Shown here piece by piece: positions 11,359 through 22,612 of a stretch of 64,000 nt of DNA (the first letter of the stretch is position 1; each line of letters opens with the position of its first letter). The notes beneath the pieces are model-generated. The model did not search any database. It saw nothing but the letters and a program-made list of their open reading frames with translations, and was not told where the DNA came from. The position numbers and the translations under genes were made by a program. Source of the DNA: TPA_inf: Saccharomyces (lineage: Eukaryota); assembly GCA_000146045.2 (NCBI GenBank), contig BK006945.2, forward strand, positions 1 to 64,000, written 5' to 3'.

Positions 11359-12100
11359 GTACCTCAACACAACCCCTAATCCAACCCTGATGAACCTGCC
11401 TCCAAACCTACCCTCCATTACCCTACCTCTCCACTCGTTACCCTGTCTCATTCAACCGTACCACTCCCAACCACCATCCATCTCTCTACTTACCACTAAC
11501 CACCGTCCACCATAACCGTTACCCTCCAATTACCCATATCCAACTCCACTACCGCTTACCCTACCATCGACGATGTCCTACTCACTGTACTGTTGTTCAC
11601 CCACCATATTGAAACGTCTACAAATGATCGTAAATAATACACATATACTTATCCTACCACTCTAATCCCACTACCACATGCCATACTCACCTTCACTTGT
11701 ATACTGATATGGCATATGCACACGGATGCTACAGTATATACCACTCTCAAACTTACCCTACTCTCACATTCCACTCCATCACCCATCTCTCACCATCAGT
11801 ACCAAATGCACTCGCATCATTATGCACGGCACTTGCCTCAGCGGTTTATACCCTGTGCCATTTACCCATAAAGTCCATCATTATCCACATTTTAATATCT
11901 ATATCTCATTCGGCGACCCCAAATATTGTATAACTGCCCTTAATACATACGTTATACCACTTTTGCACCATATACTAACCACTCAATTTATACACACTTA
12001 TTTCAATATACCCACAAAATCACCACCAAAATCACCTAAACATAAAAATTATTTATCTTTCAACTTTACGAAATAAACATATTGACTTGAAGTATGAGCA
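11359..12100. repeat. X element: subtelomeric combinatorial repeats (STRs with CCCTAA/TTAGGG motifs, ~11360..11640) plus an X core with an ARS consensus
   Basis: C/A-rich degenerate repeats 'ccctaatccaaccctgatgaacctgcctccaaacctaccc...' directly after the internal telomere tract. A perfect ACS lies at 12037..12047. The distal boundary is approximate. Confidence 0.7.
12037..12047 (-). promoter_or_regulatory. ARS consensus sequence (TTTTATGTTTA = WTTTAYRTTTW) in the X-element core
   Basis: + strand 'taaacataaaa', whose reverse complement is an 11/11 match to the ACS. The context is T-rich. Confidence 0.55.
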
Positions 12101-13082
12101 CTACCATAACGTCATTAACGTAAAAGTTCCTTAATATTACCATTTGCTTGAACGGATGCCATTTCAGAATATTTCTAACTTTCACAGACCATACATTAGA
12201 ATAATATGCCACCTCACTGTCGTAACACTCTATATTCACCGAGAAACAATACGGTAGTGGCTCAAACTCATGCCGGCGCTATGATAAAATTGTATCCTAT
12301 TTCCATTCCCATATGCTAACCGCAATATCCTAAAAGGATAACTGATGCATCTTTAATCTTGTATGTGACACTACTCATACGAAGAGACTATATCTAAAGA
12401 AGACGATACGGTGATAGGTTTGTTGTTTTTGTAGGAGTCAACGAAACGCCAAATAATTCTACGGTAATATAACTTATCAGCGCCGTATACTAAAACGGAC
12501 GTTACGATATTGTCTCACTTCATCTTACCACCCTCTATCTTATTGTTGATAAAACACTAACCCCTCAGCTTTATTTCTAGTTACAGTTACACAAAAACTA
12601 TCGCAACCCAGAAATTTTGATATTTTAAGTGTCAAAAATGAGGGTCTCTAAATGAGAGTCTGGTACCATGACTTGTAACTCGCACTGCCCTGATCTGCAA
12701 TCTTGTTCTTAGAAGTGACGCATATTCTATACGGCCCGACGCGACGCGCCAAAAAATGAAAAAAGAAGCAGCGACTCATTTTTATGGAAGGACAAAGTGC
12801 TGCGAAGTCATACGCTTCCAATTTCATTGTTGTTTATTGGGCATACTCTGTTAGCTTTATTTCCGTCCACGCTTTTTCTACAATAGTGTAAAAGTTTCTT
12901 TCTTATGTTTATCGTATTCATGAAATACTTCACGAACACCGTCATTGATCAAATAGGTCTATAATATTAATATACATTTATATAATCAACGGTATTTATA
13001 TCATCAAAAAAAGTAGTTTCTTATTTTATTTTTTCATTACTTTTCACTGTCTATGGATTTTCATTCGTAAAGGCATCACTCC

Positions 13083-13445
13083 CTAGTTTGCGATAGTGTA
13101 GATACCGTCCTTGGATAGAGCCTTGGAGATAGCTGGCTTTAATCTGGTGGAGTACCATGGGACACCGGTTATCATTCTGGTCACTTGGTCTGGGGCAATA
13201 CCAGTCAACATGGTGGTGAAGTCACCGTAGTTGAAAACGGCTTCAGCAACTTCGACTGGGTAGGTTTCAGTTGGGTGGGCGGCTTGGAACATGTAGTATT
13301 GGGCCAAGTGAGCTCTGATATCAGAGACGTAGACACCCAATTCAACCAAGTTGACTCTTTCGTCAGATTGAGCTAGAGTGGTGGTTGCGGAAGCAGTAGC
13401 AGCGATGGCGGCAACACCAGCAGCGATTGAAGTTAATTTGACCAT
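13083..13445 (-). CDS. PAU18: Seripauperin, PAU/DAN/TIR cell-wall protein family (120 aa)
   Basis: Translation begins [85 protein letters not shown]..., the PAU family signature. ATG verified at 13443..13445. Subtelomeric location. Confidence 0.9.
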   Translation of the reverse strand: MVKLTSIAAGVAAIAATASATTTLAQSDERVNLVELGVYVSDIRAHLAQYYMFQAAHPTETYPVEVAEAVFNYGDFTTMLTGIAPDQVTRMITGVPWYSTRLKPAISKALSKDGIYTIAN

Positions 13446-14647
13446 TGTATTTGTTTTGTTTGTTAGTGCTGATGTAATCTTAACAAGAAATAGTGAAATG
13501 AAAGCGCATACCTCAAAGGCATATAGTTGAAGCAGCTCTATTTATACCCGTTCCTCCATCTGTCATCACTACTTAAACGATTCGTTAACAGACGCTCATT
13601 TAGCACCTCACATATTCTCCATATCTCATCTTTCACACAATCTCATTATCTCTATGGAGATGCTCTTGTTTCTGAACGAATCGTACATCTTTCATAGGTT
13701 TCGTATGTGGAGTATTGTTTTATGGCACTCATGTGTATTCGTATGCGCAGAATGTGGGAATGCCAATTATAGGGGTGCCGGGGTGCCTTGAAAAACCCTT
13801 TTGCGCGCGCCTGTGACATTTCCTTTTTCGGTCAAAAAGAATATCCGAATTTTAGATTTGGACCCTCGTACAGAAGCTTATTGTTAAAGCCCATACTCAG
13901 TCTGTTCTAAACGGCTTCCATGGAAGAAAAATAACTATATTATAGCTTTCCTAAAAGTTTAATTAAGAATAGCAGACATGTGTTGGGAGTCGTATATTGT
14001 TAGAATCTGTAGTTTTAGGTGTTCTCAGTAAATTCATTGAAACAATTGCGTACTTGTAGGCTTCTGAGAAGCAGATAGTAGTCAAATAGTTGATATCTAA
14101 AGAGCTGCCGAAGGGGGTTTCTGTATCCGCGTAAGTAATTTTTTGAAATTTTAATGTGATTTTTGGCGGAATGGTGTGAGTGGTTCACTTCTCATCTTCA
14201 ATTTCATCGTCTTATATTTCGATAATAAAACAATACAGTGAGCGTTGTTATTAAGTAAATCATAGGCACTTGGTATCATATAATTCAAAATCAAGTAGTT
14301 GTAGTAGTGCGTGTGTGCGTGTTAGTAATTGTTGATGGCCTAGTTCATCTCCTTATTGAAAAATGATAAACAGGTGGCAGTTTCAATTGTAGTAAATATT
14401 TATTCATTTTTTTATTATTGCTAACGTATCTGAAGGCTACGATGTAACGCAGCTCATCTCTTTTAAACATAAAAGTCATTTGTGTAATGTAGAGATTTAC
14501 AAAGATTTTAAAAAAATAACAAAACTATACAAAACTATCTATATTTGAATACTTCCTACTATTTTTTTTTTTTTAACTATAATGAATGAATGCATGCCAT
14601 ATTGACTTACGTAACAAGGTGGCCTATTGGTAATATATTACATATCA

Positions 14648-16072
14648 TCATCCTATATGTGTAGCATAATTTGTCCATTCTTTATCCGCATTCAGGCACT
14701 CCCAATCTTTATCTCTAAGGCAAAGAGCAACCACCATTTCACCTCTGGAGGATCTAGGCATAAAATATATTAGGCTCTCAAGGGAAATGAAGCGCGGCCG
14801 TCGTACACTCTTGGGCTTCCCAAGCCCTAGATTGAAATCAACGTCATACAGGCTGACTTTTGCCCACGAACTGACCATAATTCCAGATAAAGTATCAATT
14901 GGTTGAGGTATAGAAACCTTAGTCTTGTCCGGGCATCGGCTAAGGAGCGTAGCAAGTGCGCATGTATTATAGGCCAAATCGAAGACTTTAGGGTCTAGCT
15001 TCCTGCGAATCTGTGATGCAAGAACGCCCAAACTTTTATGATCCAAGCTTTTCAGGGAACCTGTATTAAAGGTCATGTTGACTAATAACCCTGGATACGT
15101 TTCGGGGAGTCCTAGCCGTTTTCTAACATCCACAGCACGCCCTAAATTTGATTTCGTTTCTGGTTTAAGTCGAGATAAACGGGCTCGAGAAACTGATTTC
15201 CAGATGAAAGCAGTGACGATATCATCAGTGGAGACAAATTTTGTGCCAGAAGTACATGTCTGCATTGCCAAAATCCTCAGATTCTGCAATGAGATAGCAG
15301 AAAATTCAACATAAGCCCAAGTAGAGTTCGAAGAACAAGACTGTTCCTTTTCCTCTCCACTTGTATTTCTAGAGGTTTCCACTATTTCATGAACTAGCGT
15401 GGTGTCGGGTTCCCAAGTTTCATCAAACAAAGGAATAGATTTGCTTTTATCTATATTTCCAATGAGCAGTTCTTCATCAGAGAAAGGTTTTTGGTGGCAA
15501 GATTTATTGAGCAAGTTGATGATACTTTCCTGTCCTGTTATATCCATAATATTGTGCTGCCCGACAATAGTTAAGACGAGGCCGCCGGAGATAAAGTTTG
15601 CTTGAACTGCAAATACAGGCCCACTCTTGGCGGCCATACCTATAGTGTTTCCAGGTGGATTGATAGTCATGCAAGGCGCAAAAGTCTTTTCGTCTAACAT
15701 GTAGATAGGAAAGTCAGCTTTTTCAAGCGAATCCATTGTTGGGGCAGACAGATCTTCTCGAAGATCTTGGACGATAAGTGGAATTTTGTCTGACGGGACA
15801 ATTCTGTAGGTACCAGTGTTACCTTCGTCAGCACCTTCATTTACGACATTTCCTGCTAGCCACTGGAAATTTTTAGCCAATGTTTCAAGTCCTCTTGTTA
15901 AGGTATTTACGATATGGTCATGAGCAGAAGGATCTGGTACACGGTAGATAGAGCATATTTGAGTGTATAGTTTGTATAGCGAAGGTTGTTGTCCCAAAAT
16001 ATCAAGTTGATCGTTTTCTAGCATCTGTACACTTTTTGTACGTTTCTGAGAGATGATCTTGACTCTAAACAT
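14648..16072 (-). CDS. AYT1: Trichothecene 3-O-acetyltransferase-like acetyltransferase (BAHD/Tri101 family), 474 aa from the first ATG
   Basis: The track ORF is 490 aa, but its first codon is not ATG. The first genuine ATG gives MFRVKIISQKRTK... Position and length match YLL063C. Confidence 0.8.
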   Translation of the reverse strand: MFRVKIISQKRTKSVQMLENDQLDILGQQPSLYKLYTQICSIYRVPDPSAHDHIVNTLTRGLETLAKNFQWLAGNVVNEGADEGNTGTYRIVPSDKIPLIVQDLREDLSAPTMDSLEKADFPIYMLDEKTFAPCMTINPPGNTIGMAAKSGPVFAVQANFISGGLVLTIVGQHNIMDITGQESIINLLNKSCHQKPFSDEELLIGNIDKSKSIPLFDETWEPDTTLVHEIVETSRNTSGEEKEQSCSSNSTWAYVEFSAISLQNLRILAMQTCTSGTKFVSTDDIVTAFIWKSVSRARLSRLKPETKSNLGRAVDVRKRLGLPETYPGLLVNMTFNTGSLKSLDHKSLGVLASQIRRKLDPKVFDLAYNTCALATLLSRCPDKTKVSIPQPIDTLSGIMVSSWAKVSLYDVDFNLGLGKPKSVRRPRFISLESLIYFMPRSSRGEMVVALCLRDKDWECLNADKEWTNYATHIG

Positions 16073-16638
16073 CCATCTACCTTCAAAGTGAAATTTATAG
16101 TCACGTCCGTCATTATGCACGTCTTAAACATTAAAATCTTGATAAATACACTGTAAAAGCTTTAACGTTATTGGAATAGAAACTCTCATCACTCAGAGAC
16201 CATCAGTTACCTGCAAAACGTTTCATATTTGTATATAAACCATGAGATTAAGTGGTCTGAAATTATGTATCATTTTTTGCATTCTAGCATGCCACAGCAA
16301 GGGGGTACACGTATTTTTTGATGGTGAATAAGATAGAAATGCATACCGTGATACTTCAAGCTGGCACTATCTTTATATCTTCCTCCGTATATAGCACTTG
16401 AAGCTCTGTATCTAGAATATCCTCTTTAGTCCGGGACGTGCCTCCAAATACTTACGGATTGGCGAAAAATATGCACTGAAATGTGTGCAAATTAACCAAA
16501 ATAGGGCAGGCAGTAAAAAGTTCTAATGATTTTTCTATTTGATCAAGATAAAATAACCTTCTGCTGAGGACCGCACATTGACGTATATACACTGCTTTTA
16601 GTTTTGTAGATACAAGATATTTGTTAAAAGAAATTGAA

Positions 16639-17613
16639 TTAGGAGTATTTATCTACAGCTGATGCAATTTCGGCGATATCTTTAGGAGACGTTCTACAAC
16701 AACCGCCAATAATGCGCGCACCATTATCAACGAATTTCTTAACCGTGGTCTCCCAGTCATCCAACTTATTAGTCGGCCGGTGCCATGTCTTCTCTTTGGG
16801 ATTGTAGATTTCTCCACTGTTTGGGTAAACTAGCAGAGGCATGCCAGGTAGATGCTCGTGCAACATTTTAAGAATTAATGCCGATTGATTGAAACTGACA
16901 CAGTTAACTCCCATTAATAAGAGATTCTTGTTAATTTTATTTCCGAGGCCTTTTATATGGACAGAAATTTCTTCCAAAGTGGTACCGTCTCGTAGCAAAC
17001 TATTGTCATCCACCGACAACCCAATATAAAAGGGCTTCGAAATAATATCTTCATCCCAGGATAAAATAGCCTTTAACTCATGAAAATTTGGAATCGTTTC
17101 AAAACCAATAAGATCAATATCTCTATTTTGGTTGAAGTTCTCCAGCTGGGGTTTGAAAAAGCCGTAGTAATCAATATTCTCAGGATGGGGACCATAGTCA
17201 CCAGTATATTCACAGGATACATGTGCTGCCCATGGGCCAATACTCCCGATTAAGTACCTTTCCTCACCAATAAATTCACGAGTAAATGACACGATTTTAT
17301 CGAGAAAACGCTTGTAAGCAGCCAGAGTTTTAATCGAGGTATTCTCAGATATGCTTTGAAAGTTTGCCTGGTAAGTAATTGTCATTAATATGTTTGCGCC
17401 AGCAATCATAAAGTCTCTGTACATTTCTTCTACCACCTTTCGCTCTTGAGAAGATGGCTCCCAAAAGGATTCGCTCGTAAAAGGAGCTGCAGACCATACC
17501 GGACTATTTATGTTAATGCCTCTGTTTTCCAATTCTGTACCCTGTCCACCATCAAGGATAAGAACTTTTCCGGGGTGCTCAACTATTAGTTCTTTGATTG
17601 GAATGCGCTTCAT
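16639..17613 (-). CDS. MHT1: S-methylmethionine:homocysteine methyltransferase (324 aa from ATG at 17611..17613)
   Basis: Homocysteine S-methyltransferase fold signature (GGCCRTSP near the C-terminus). Codon 17641..17643 is GTG, so the start is moved to the first ATG. Divergent partner of MMP1. Confidence 0.85.
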   Translation of the reverse strand: MKRIPIKELIVEHPGKVLILDGGQGTELENRGININSPVWSAAPFTSESFWEPSSQERKVVEEMYRDFMIAGANILMTITYQANFQSISENTSIKTLAAYKRFLDKIVSFTREFIGEERYLIGSIGPWAAHVSCEYTGDYGPHPENIDYYGFFKPQLENFNQNRDIDLIGFETIPNFHELKAILSWDEDIISKPFYIGLSVDDNSLLRDGTTLEEISVHIKGLGNKINKNLLLMGVNCVSFNQSALILKMLHEHLPGMPLLVYPNSGEIYNPKEKTWHRPTNKLDDWETTVKKFVDNGARIIGGCCRTSPKDIAEIASAVDKYS

Positions 17614-17783
17614 CTGTTTTTTGATTACTTTTTCAAGTTGCACACTAAAAGTTGCTGATTCAGATTTCTTCTACAACTTGTCTGTTTAAATTATCTTCCT
17701 TAGTAGTACATTTTCAAATTGGCGTTGTTGCTGTTTTGCTATTACCATTGAATACCTCGCCACAATTTGGTAGTACTTTCATG

Positions 17784-17810
17784 CCACAGTTTTTACTTTT
17801 CCACAGTTCC
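17784..17810 (-). promoter_or_regulatory. Two Met31/Met32-type motifs (AAAACTGTGGC and GGAACTGTGG, read on the - strand) in the MHT1-MMP1 divergent promoter
   Basis: + strand 'ccacagttttt' (17784..17794) and 'ccacagttcc' (17801..17810) are reverse complements of AAACTGTGG-type sites. The location is the intergenic region of two sulfur-regulated genes. Confidence 0.45.
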
Positions 17811-17955
17811 TGCAGGAATGGCTTTTTTTCATTAACTTTTTGCGGGGATAGCGAAGAGATGCCAGGAAATAAATGCGTATATATTTTACAGATTTGGGTG
17901 GTTAAGTAATCACCGTCAAGAGTTCTCCATCAGGATACCATGAAAGATACCCGAA

Positions 17956-19707
17956 ATGGATGAATTTGAATCTACCAAACTTTCGAAGGTTCAGTTTTCC
18001 ACTAGCGTGTTAAGTACGCCTTCGAATGAAGGAAATAATCTAATACACAGATTCAAGAACTCTTTCAAGCGAAATGATTCACCAGCGATCCAAGAAGGTT
18101 TGCTGTATTCGGAGCTTTCAGAGGAAGAAAAAATACAATGGGACTTAGCCAACCAGCCGTATAAAAAGGTCCTAGATCAAAGACACCTGACCATGATAGC
18201 CATTGGAGGTACTCTAGGGACGGGTCTTTTCATTGGTTTAGGGGAATCACTAGCGTCCGGACCTGCTTCTTTGCTAATTGGTTTCTTGTTGGTCGGCGCA
18301 TCTATGCTCTGTGTTGTTCAGTGTGGGGCCGAACTTTCATGTCAGTACCCTGTTTCCGGCTCCTATGCGCTGCACGCCAGTAGATTTATAGACCCATCAG
18401 TCGGCTTCAGTATAGGAATTAACTACTTATTGATGTGGCTCATATCTTACCCTAGCGAGCTGGTAGGATGTTCGCTTACCATCTCTTATTGGGCACCATC
18501 GGTCAATCCTGCTGCCTGGGTTGCAATCGCGTTCGTTTTAAGCATGCTATTGAATCTTTTTGGGGCAAGAGGCTTTGCAGAATCAGAGTTTTATATGTCA
18601 ATTTTCAAAATTGTGGCTCTATTCATTTTTATAATTATTGGTATTGTTCTCATTGCAGGTGGTGGGCCTGATTCTACTGGATACATCGGCACGAAGTATT
18701 GGCACGATCCAGGCTCCTTCGCTGTTCCTGTTTTCAAAAACCTCTGCAATACTTTTGTTTCGGCAGCATACTCCTTTAGTGGTACAGAAATGGTTGTTTT
18801 AACCAGCACTGAAGCAAGGAGTGTTTCCTCAGTCTCTCGGGCAGCGAAAGGTACGTTCTGGAGAATTATCATCTTTTATATTGTTACAGTGATTATAATT
18901 GGTTGCCTGGTCCCTTATAATGATCCTCGTCTGATTAGCGGTTCATCCAGTGAGGATATTACTGCTTCCCCGTTTGTTATTGCCTTGAGCAATACTGGTG
19001 CTATGGGAACAAGAGTGTCTCATTTTATGAATGCGGTCATCTTGATAGCCGTATTTTCTGTTTGCAATTCCTGCGTTTACGCATCCTCTAGATTGATTCA
19101 GGGTTTGGCGACAGCAGGCCAACTTCCAAAGATCTGCGCTTACATGGACAGGAATGGTCGGCCTTTAGTTGGCATGGCTATATGTGGCGCTTTTGGATTG
19201 TTAGGCTTTTTGGTTGTTTCCAAGAACCAGGGTACAGTTTTCACATGGTTGTTTGCGTTGTGTTCCATTTCATTTTTCACAACTTGGTTCTGTATTTGCT
19301 TCTGTCAAGTCAGATTTAGGATGGCAATGAAAGCTCAAGGAAGGTCAAAGGATGACATTATCTATAGATCGACATTAGGGATATACGGAGGAATTTTCGG
19401 CTGTATCTTAAATGTTCTATTGGTAATTGGAGAAATATATGTATCGGCTGCACCCGTGGGTAGTCCCAGTTCTGCTGCTAATTTCTTTGAATATTGTATG
19501 AGTATTCCCATAATGATTGCTGTATATATTGGCCATAGAATTTACCGCAGAGACTGGAGACACTGGTACATCAAGCGGATGGATATTGACCTCGATAGCG
19601 GACATTCGTTAGAGGACTTCGAAGCCACCAAGCTTGAGAGGGATGAGGATAAGAAATACGTTTCCTCTAAGCCACTTTACTATAGGATCTATCGGTTTTT
19701 CTGTTAA
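17956..19707 (+). CDS. MMP1: S-methylmethionine permease, amino-acid permease (APC) family, 12 TM (583 aa)
   Basis: Translation is a typical yeast AAP, with TMIAIGGTLGTGLFIGLG... ATG verified at 17956. Confidence 0.85.
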   Translation: MDEFESTKLSKVQFSTSVLSTPSNEGNNLIHRFKNSFKRNDSPAIQEGLLYSELSEEEKIQWDLANQPYKKVLDQRHLTMIAIGGTLGTGLFIGLGESLASGPASLLIGFLLVGASMLCVVQCGAELSCQYPVSGSYALHASRFIDPSVGFSIGINYLLMWLISYPSELVGCSLTISYWAPSVNPAAWVAIAFVLSMLLNLFGARGFAESEFYMSIFKIVALFIFIIIGIVLIAGGGPDSTGYIGTKYWHDPGSFAVPVFKNLCNTFVSAAYSFSGTEMVVLTSTEARSVSSVSRAAKGTFWRIIIFYIVTVIIIGCLVPYNDPRLISGSSSEDITASPFVIALSNTGAMGTRVSHFMNAVILIAVFSVCNSCVYASSRLIQGLATAGQLPKICAYMDRNGRPLVGMAICGAFGLLGFLVVSKNQGTVFTWLFALCSISFFTTWFCICFCQVRFRMAMKAQGRSKDDIIYRSTLGIYGGIFGCILNVLLVIGEIYVSAAPVGSPSSAANFFEYCMSIPIMIAVYIGHRIYRRDWRHWYIKRMDIDLDSGHSLEDFEATKLERDEDKKYVSSKPLYYRIYRFFC

Positions 19708-21137
19708 CTTAGTGAAGTACTTCATTTGAATATTAATTAATAATAATTTTATGAGCCGGGAATTTTGCATCTATATTCTAGGTTTCTAGCAACCGTAGTT
19801 TTACGTAAGATGTATTTTTTTTTGAATATTCCGTTTTAGAATGATATTCTAGGCCCTGTATATTCTCCAATAACAGCGGCACGTCCAGGTTCTGTGACAA
19901 TGCTAATATATTCCTTTTTTTTTTTTTTTTAACTTAGTATACGCTGTATTGGAATCAGTGATTTCATCTAAGTTTACTAACGCTTACACAATTGTGGAAG
20001 AAGAGGATAGAAACACCTCAGATCCCCTTGTTACGGTAAAACCCCTATTCTATGCCTCAGTAATAACTAGAAATAGCCGATTATCATTATGTTAAGCCTG
20101 TCGATACGCATTACAGTTCAAAAAAAAGGCGGACATCGTGGTTGATATTTGTTTGAGGCCTTAAATTTTATTGTATTACATGTATAAATAGCTAACAACA
20201 TTTGTTCAGTTGGTACCAATCACCTTTGTTGCTGGGTATCCGCACACATTAACAAGACAATGGAAAAGGGAGAAAACTAACAATCTTAAACGATAAAACC
20301 GGACGAAATAACAGCTGTTATTTTTCATGCTAGAACTAATGGCTTGATAGTATACTTGTACCTTGTATCTTAGTGCTTGAACGGATGATTCCCGTCGCCC
20401 CACACCTATGCATACAAGACGTCAATCTTCCTGTGATTATATTTTGAGTATGGCGTAGTAATCCCATATTTCTCGTTGGGTGGTGCTGATATTTGAAAAT
20501 TCATGACCTGTTCTACATACGGCTGCCATTGGTAGGACCGCAATCACAGTGTAATTTTGAAGAACTTACATTGGGCCAATGGATGAGCTGTGACCATAAT
20601 TTATTAGTTGTTTGTGTCACAAGCTCAGACTTAGAAGTTCTCTATTGCAAACATTATTTCATGTTTCCTTAAATTTTTTTTATTGCACCAACTTTAGTGA
20701 CCCCTTGTGAGCTCCAACATATTTGAAATCTTCTTAAATTTCTAGTCGGCAAGCAGCAAAGAATTTCAGTAGTAATCTCTACCGCGGCAATATCGATGCA
20801 AATGTAACTACCTGTAAGGATATTGTCTTCAGTGGTTTGGTATGGTTTTGTACCTTACTCAACATCACGAATAAAAAGGAAGGAATACGAATCATGATAT
20901 TGATGTTTAATCTTTCACCGTCAAACAATTAACATATATAGTATATATATTCTTTTATAGAATACTGCTTGAGCTATTTTTTTACTTGACAGAATGGCGC
21001 CGCGAAGAACCCCTAAATTTTGTAGCCCTAATTTCGATCAGTTATATATAGCTATGGCACCCTCTTGAATAGCTTCATGATTGGATCTTTTTATATAGTT
21101 TCCACGTACCACGCAAAACTTGTCTCAAGTAGCCACT

Positions 21138-21839
21138 TTACGAGGATTTTGAACGGATTTCTAGCAGTTTCTTCACGCTGGGGCGCTGTTGCATTCTCTT
21201 ATACCAAGCTCGAAGCGCCTCGCACTCTTCCGGCACTTGTAGTTTTACAATTGCAGCAAATATTAGACCAGCTATTACTGTGATGTCAGCCATTGAGAAT
21301 GAATCACCAGCAACATATGGGCGTTCTCTGAGAACGGTATCAAAATAATGCATTCCATGTAGGGCTTTGTCGCGCTGGCGAAGTCCCCACTCTTTGTTTT
21401 GGTAAAGCTCGACTTCAGGCCCCAATCCAGGTGTAGCATGGTGAAAATAAACACTAACAGGGTCGAGCAGTTCCAACTCTGCGCGTTTGTTCATCATGTG
21501 GATTACGCCTTTTTCCAGCGGTGTTTTGCCGGTAAGAGTGGGTGTACCATCAAGTGCATCAATGTATTCAGTAATGGCTGTGCATTCAGCGATTAAAGTC
21601 CCGTCATCAAGTTCAAGCACTGGCACTGTGCCTGAATAGTTCTTGGCAAGAAATTCAGGCTTCTTGTGCTCTCCCTTCCAGAGGTTGATCCTCACAAATT
21701 GCACACTTGATAGCATGTTCTTCTCAGCCAAGGCAATGCGGACTCGGGCCGGATAAGGCCCTGCGGGTGTGTCATATATTATCATTTTTTGTTTCATCTT
21801 TTCACCTCCATTGTAAATCAGGAAACCTCTGCCATTCAT
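21138..21839 (-). CDS. GTT2: Glutathione S-transferase (233 aa)
   Basis: GST N-terminal thioredoxin-like and C-terminal domains. ATG verified at 21837..21839. Confidence 0.8.
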   Translation of the reverse strand: MNGRGFLIYNGGEKMKQKMIIYDTPAGPYPARVRIALAEKNMLSSVQFVRINLWKGEHKKPEFLAKNYSGTVPVLELDDGTLIAECTAITEYIDALDGTPTLTGKTPLEKGVIHMMNKRAELELLDPVSVYFHHATPGLGPEVELYQNKEWGLRQRDKALHGMHYFDTVLRERPYVAGDSFSMADITVIAGLIFAAIVKLQVPEECEALRAWYKRMQQRPSVKKLLEIRSKSS

Positions 21840-22612
21840 GTATCCTTTGTAGGTACTTTATATAGAGCACCAAGTTTCTATCCTTTAGCAGGAAGCACAT
21901 TATTAATCATTTGAGACGTAAACGAATGAATTAGTAAGCAGTGAAAGAAATTCGAGCACTAAGCGCGACCTAAGGGAACGGACACGGAACGGAGAAACTG
22001 AAGTATCAAATACTTCCATTTGATCAAACCACTTGTATCCACTCCCTGTTTTGCACACGGTAGTAGAAGGTCTTTTGAATATTTACTGTAAATACCGATT
22101 TCTATGTCCTTCTTGTCCGATTATAGGATTCGGGTCATTTCCAGCGCCTACTTTCCTTCTTGATTTCAAAATGTGTGGTTAACGTACTCCCAATTGCACT
22201 ACTGTTCCTACAGTTCACGCGCACCTCTTTCTGATGAAAATGCAGCTGCATTAATCTGCGATCTATTGGCATCTCGCTCTTGTATCTGCCCTCCATTCGT
22301 GAAATTTTACTCTATTACCATCTTTGATCATTTTTTTGTCGCAAATGTGATACGGCATCCATCGAATTTTGCTCGTAATTGTTTGCCATTATCGCCCTTT
22401 TCATTCCGTATTATTCATCCACTCCGCTTCATAATGGGTTCCAAAAAAAGAACTATTGTACGAGCTTTTAGACTCACGAAAACATTACTTGAACAATAAT
22501 TAGCGCCTGCAGAACTTGACATAATAAAATTCCATTTTCGATATCTAGCTGTCTGAAGATATGATATCTAAGTAATACGGGAAAGTTTCCGCTATTATTC
22601 TCTGTTGCAAGC

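Noticed and set aside
11129-11515. ORFs with poly-(CG/VW) or poly-(HT/PT) translations (11129..11347, 11136..11357, 11140..11379, 11158..11451, 11183..11515)
   Set aside because: They are translations of the internal C1-3A/TG1-3 telomeric tract. They have no coding potential.
11726-12076. 116-aa ORF (with ATG) inside the X element, equivalent to dubious YLL065W
   Set aside because: It lies entirely within the conserved X-core repeat and ARS. The composition is A/T/C-rich with no domain. I regard it as non-coding.
19708-21137. Possible tRNA or Ty LTR in the large MMP1-GTT2 gap
   Set aside because: No A-box/B-box (TRGCNNAGY / GGTTCGANTCC) pair is present. No TGTTG...CAACA LTR termini and no 5-bp target duplication are present.
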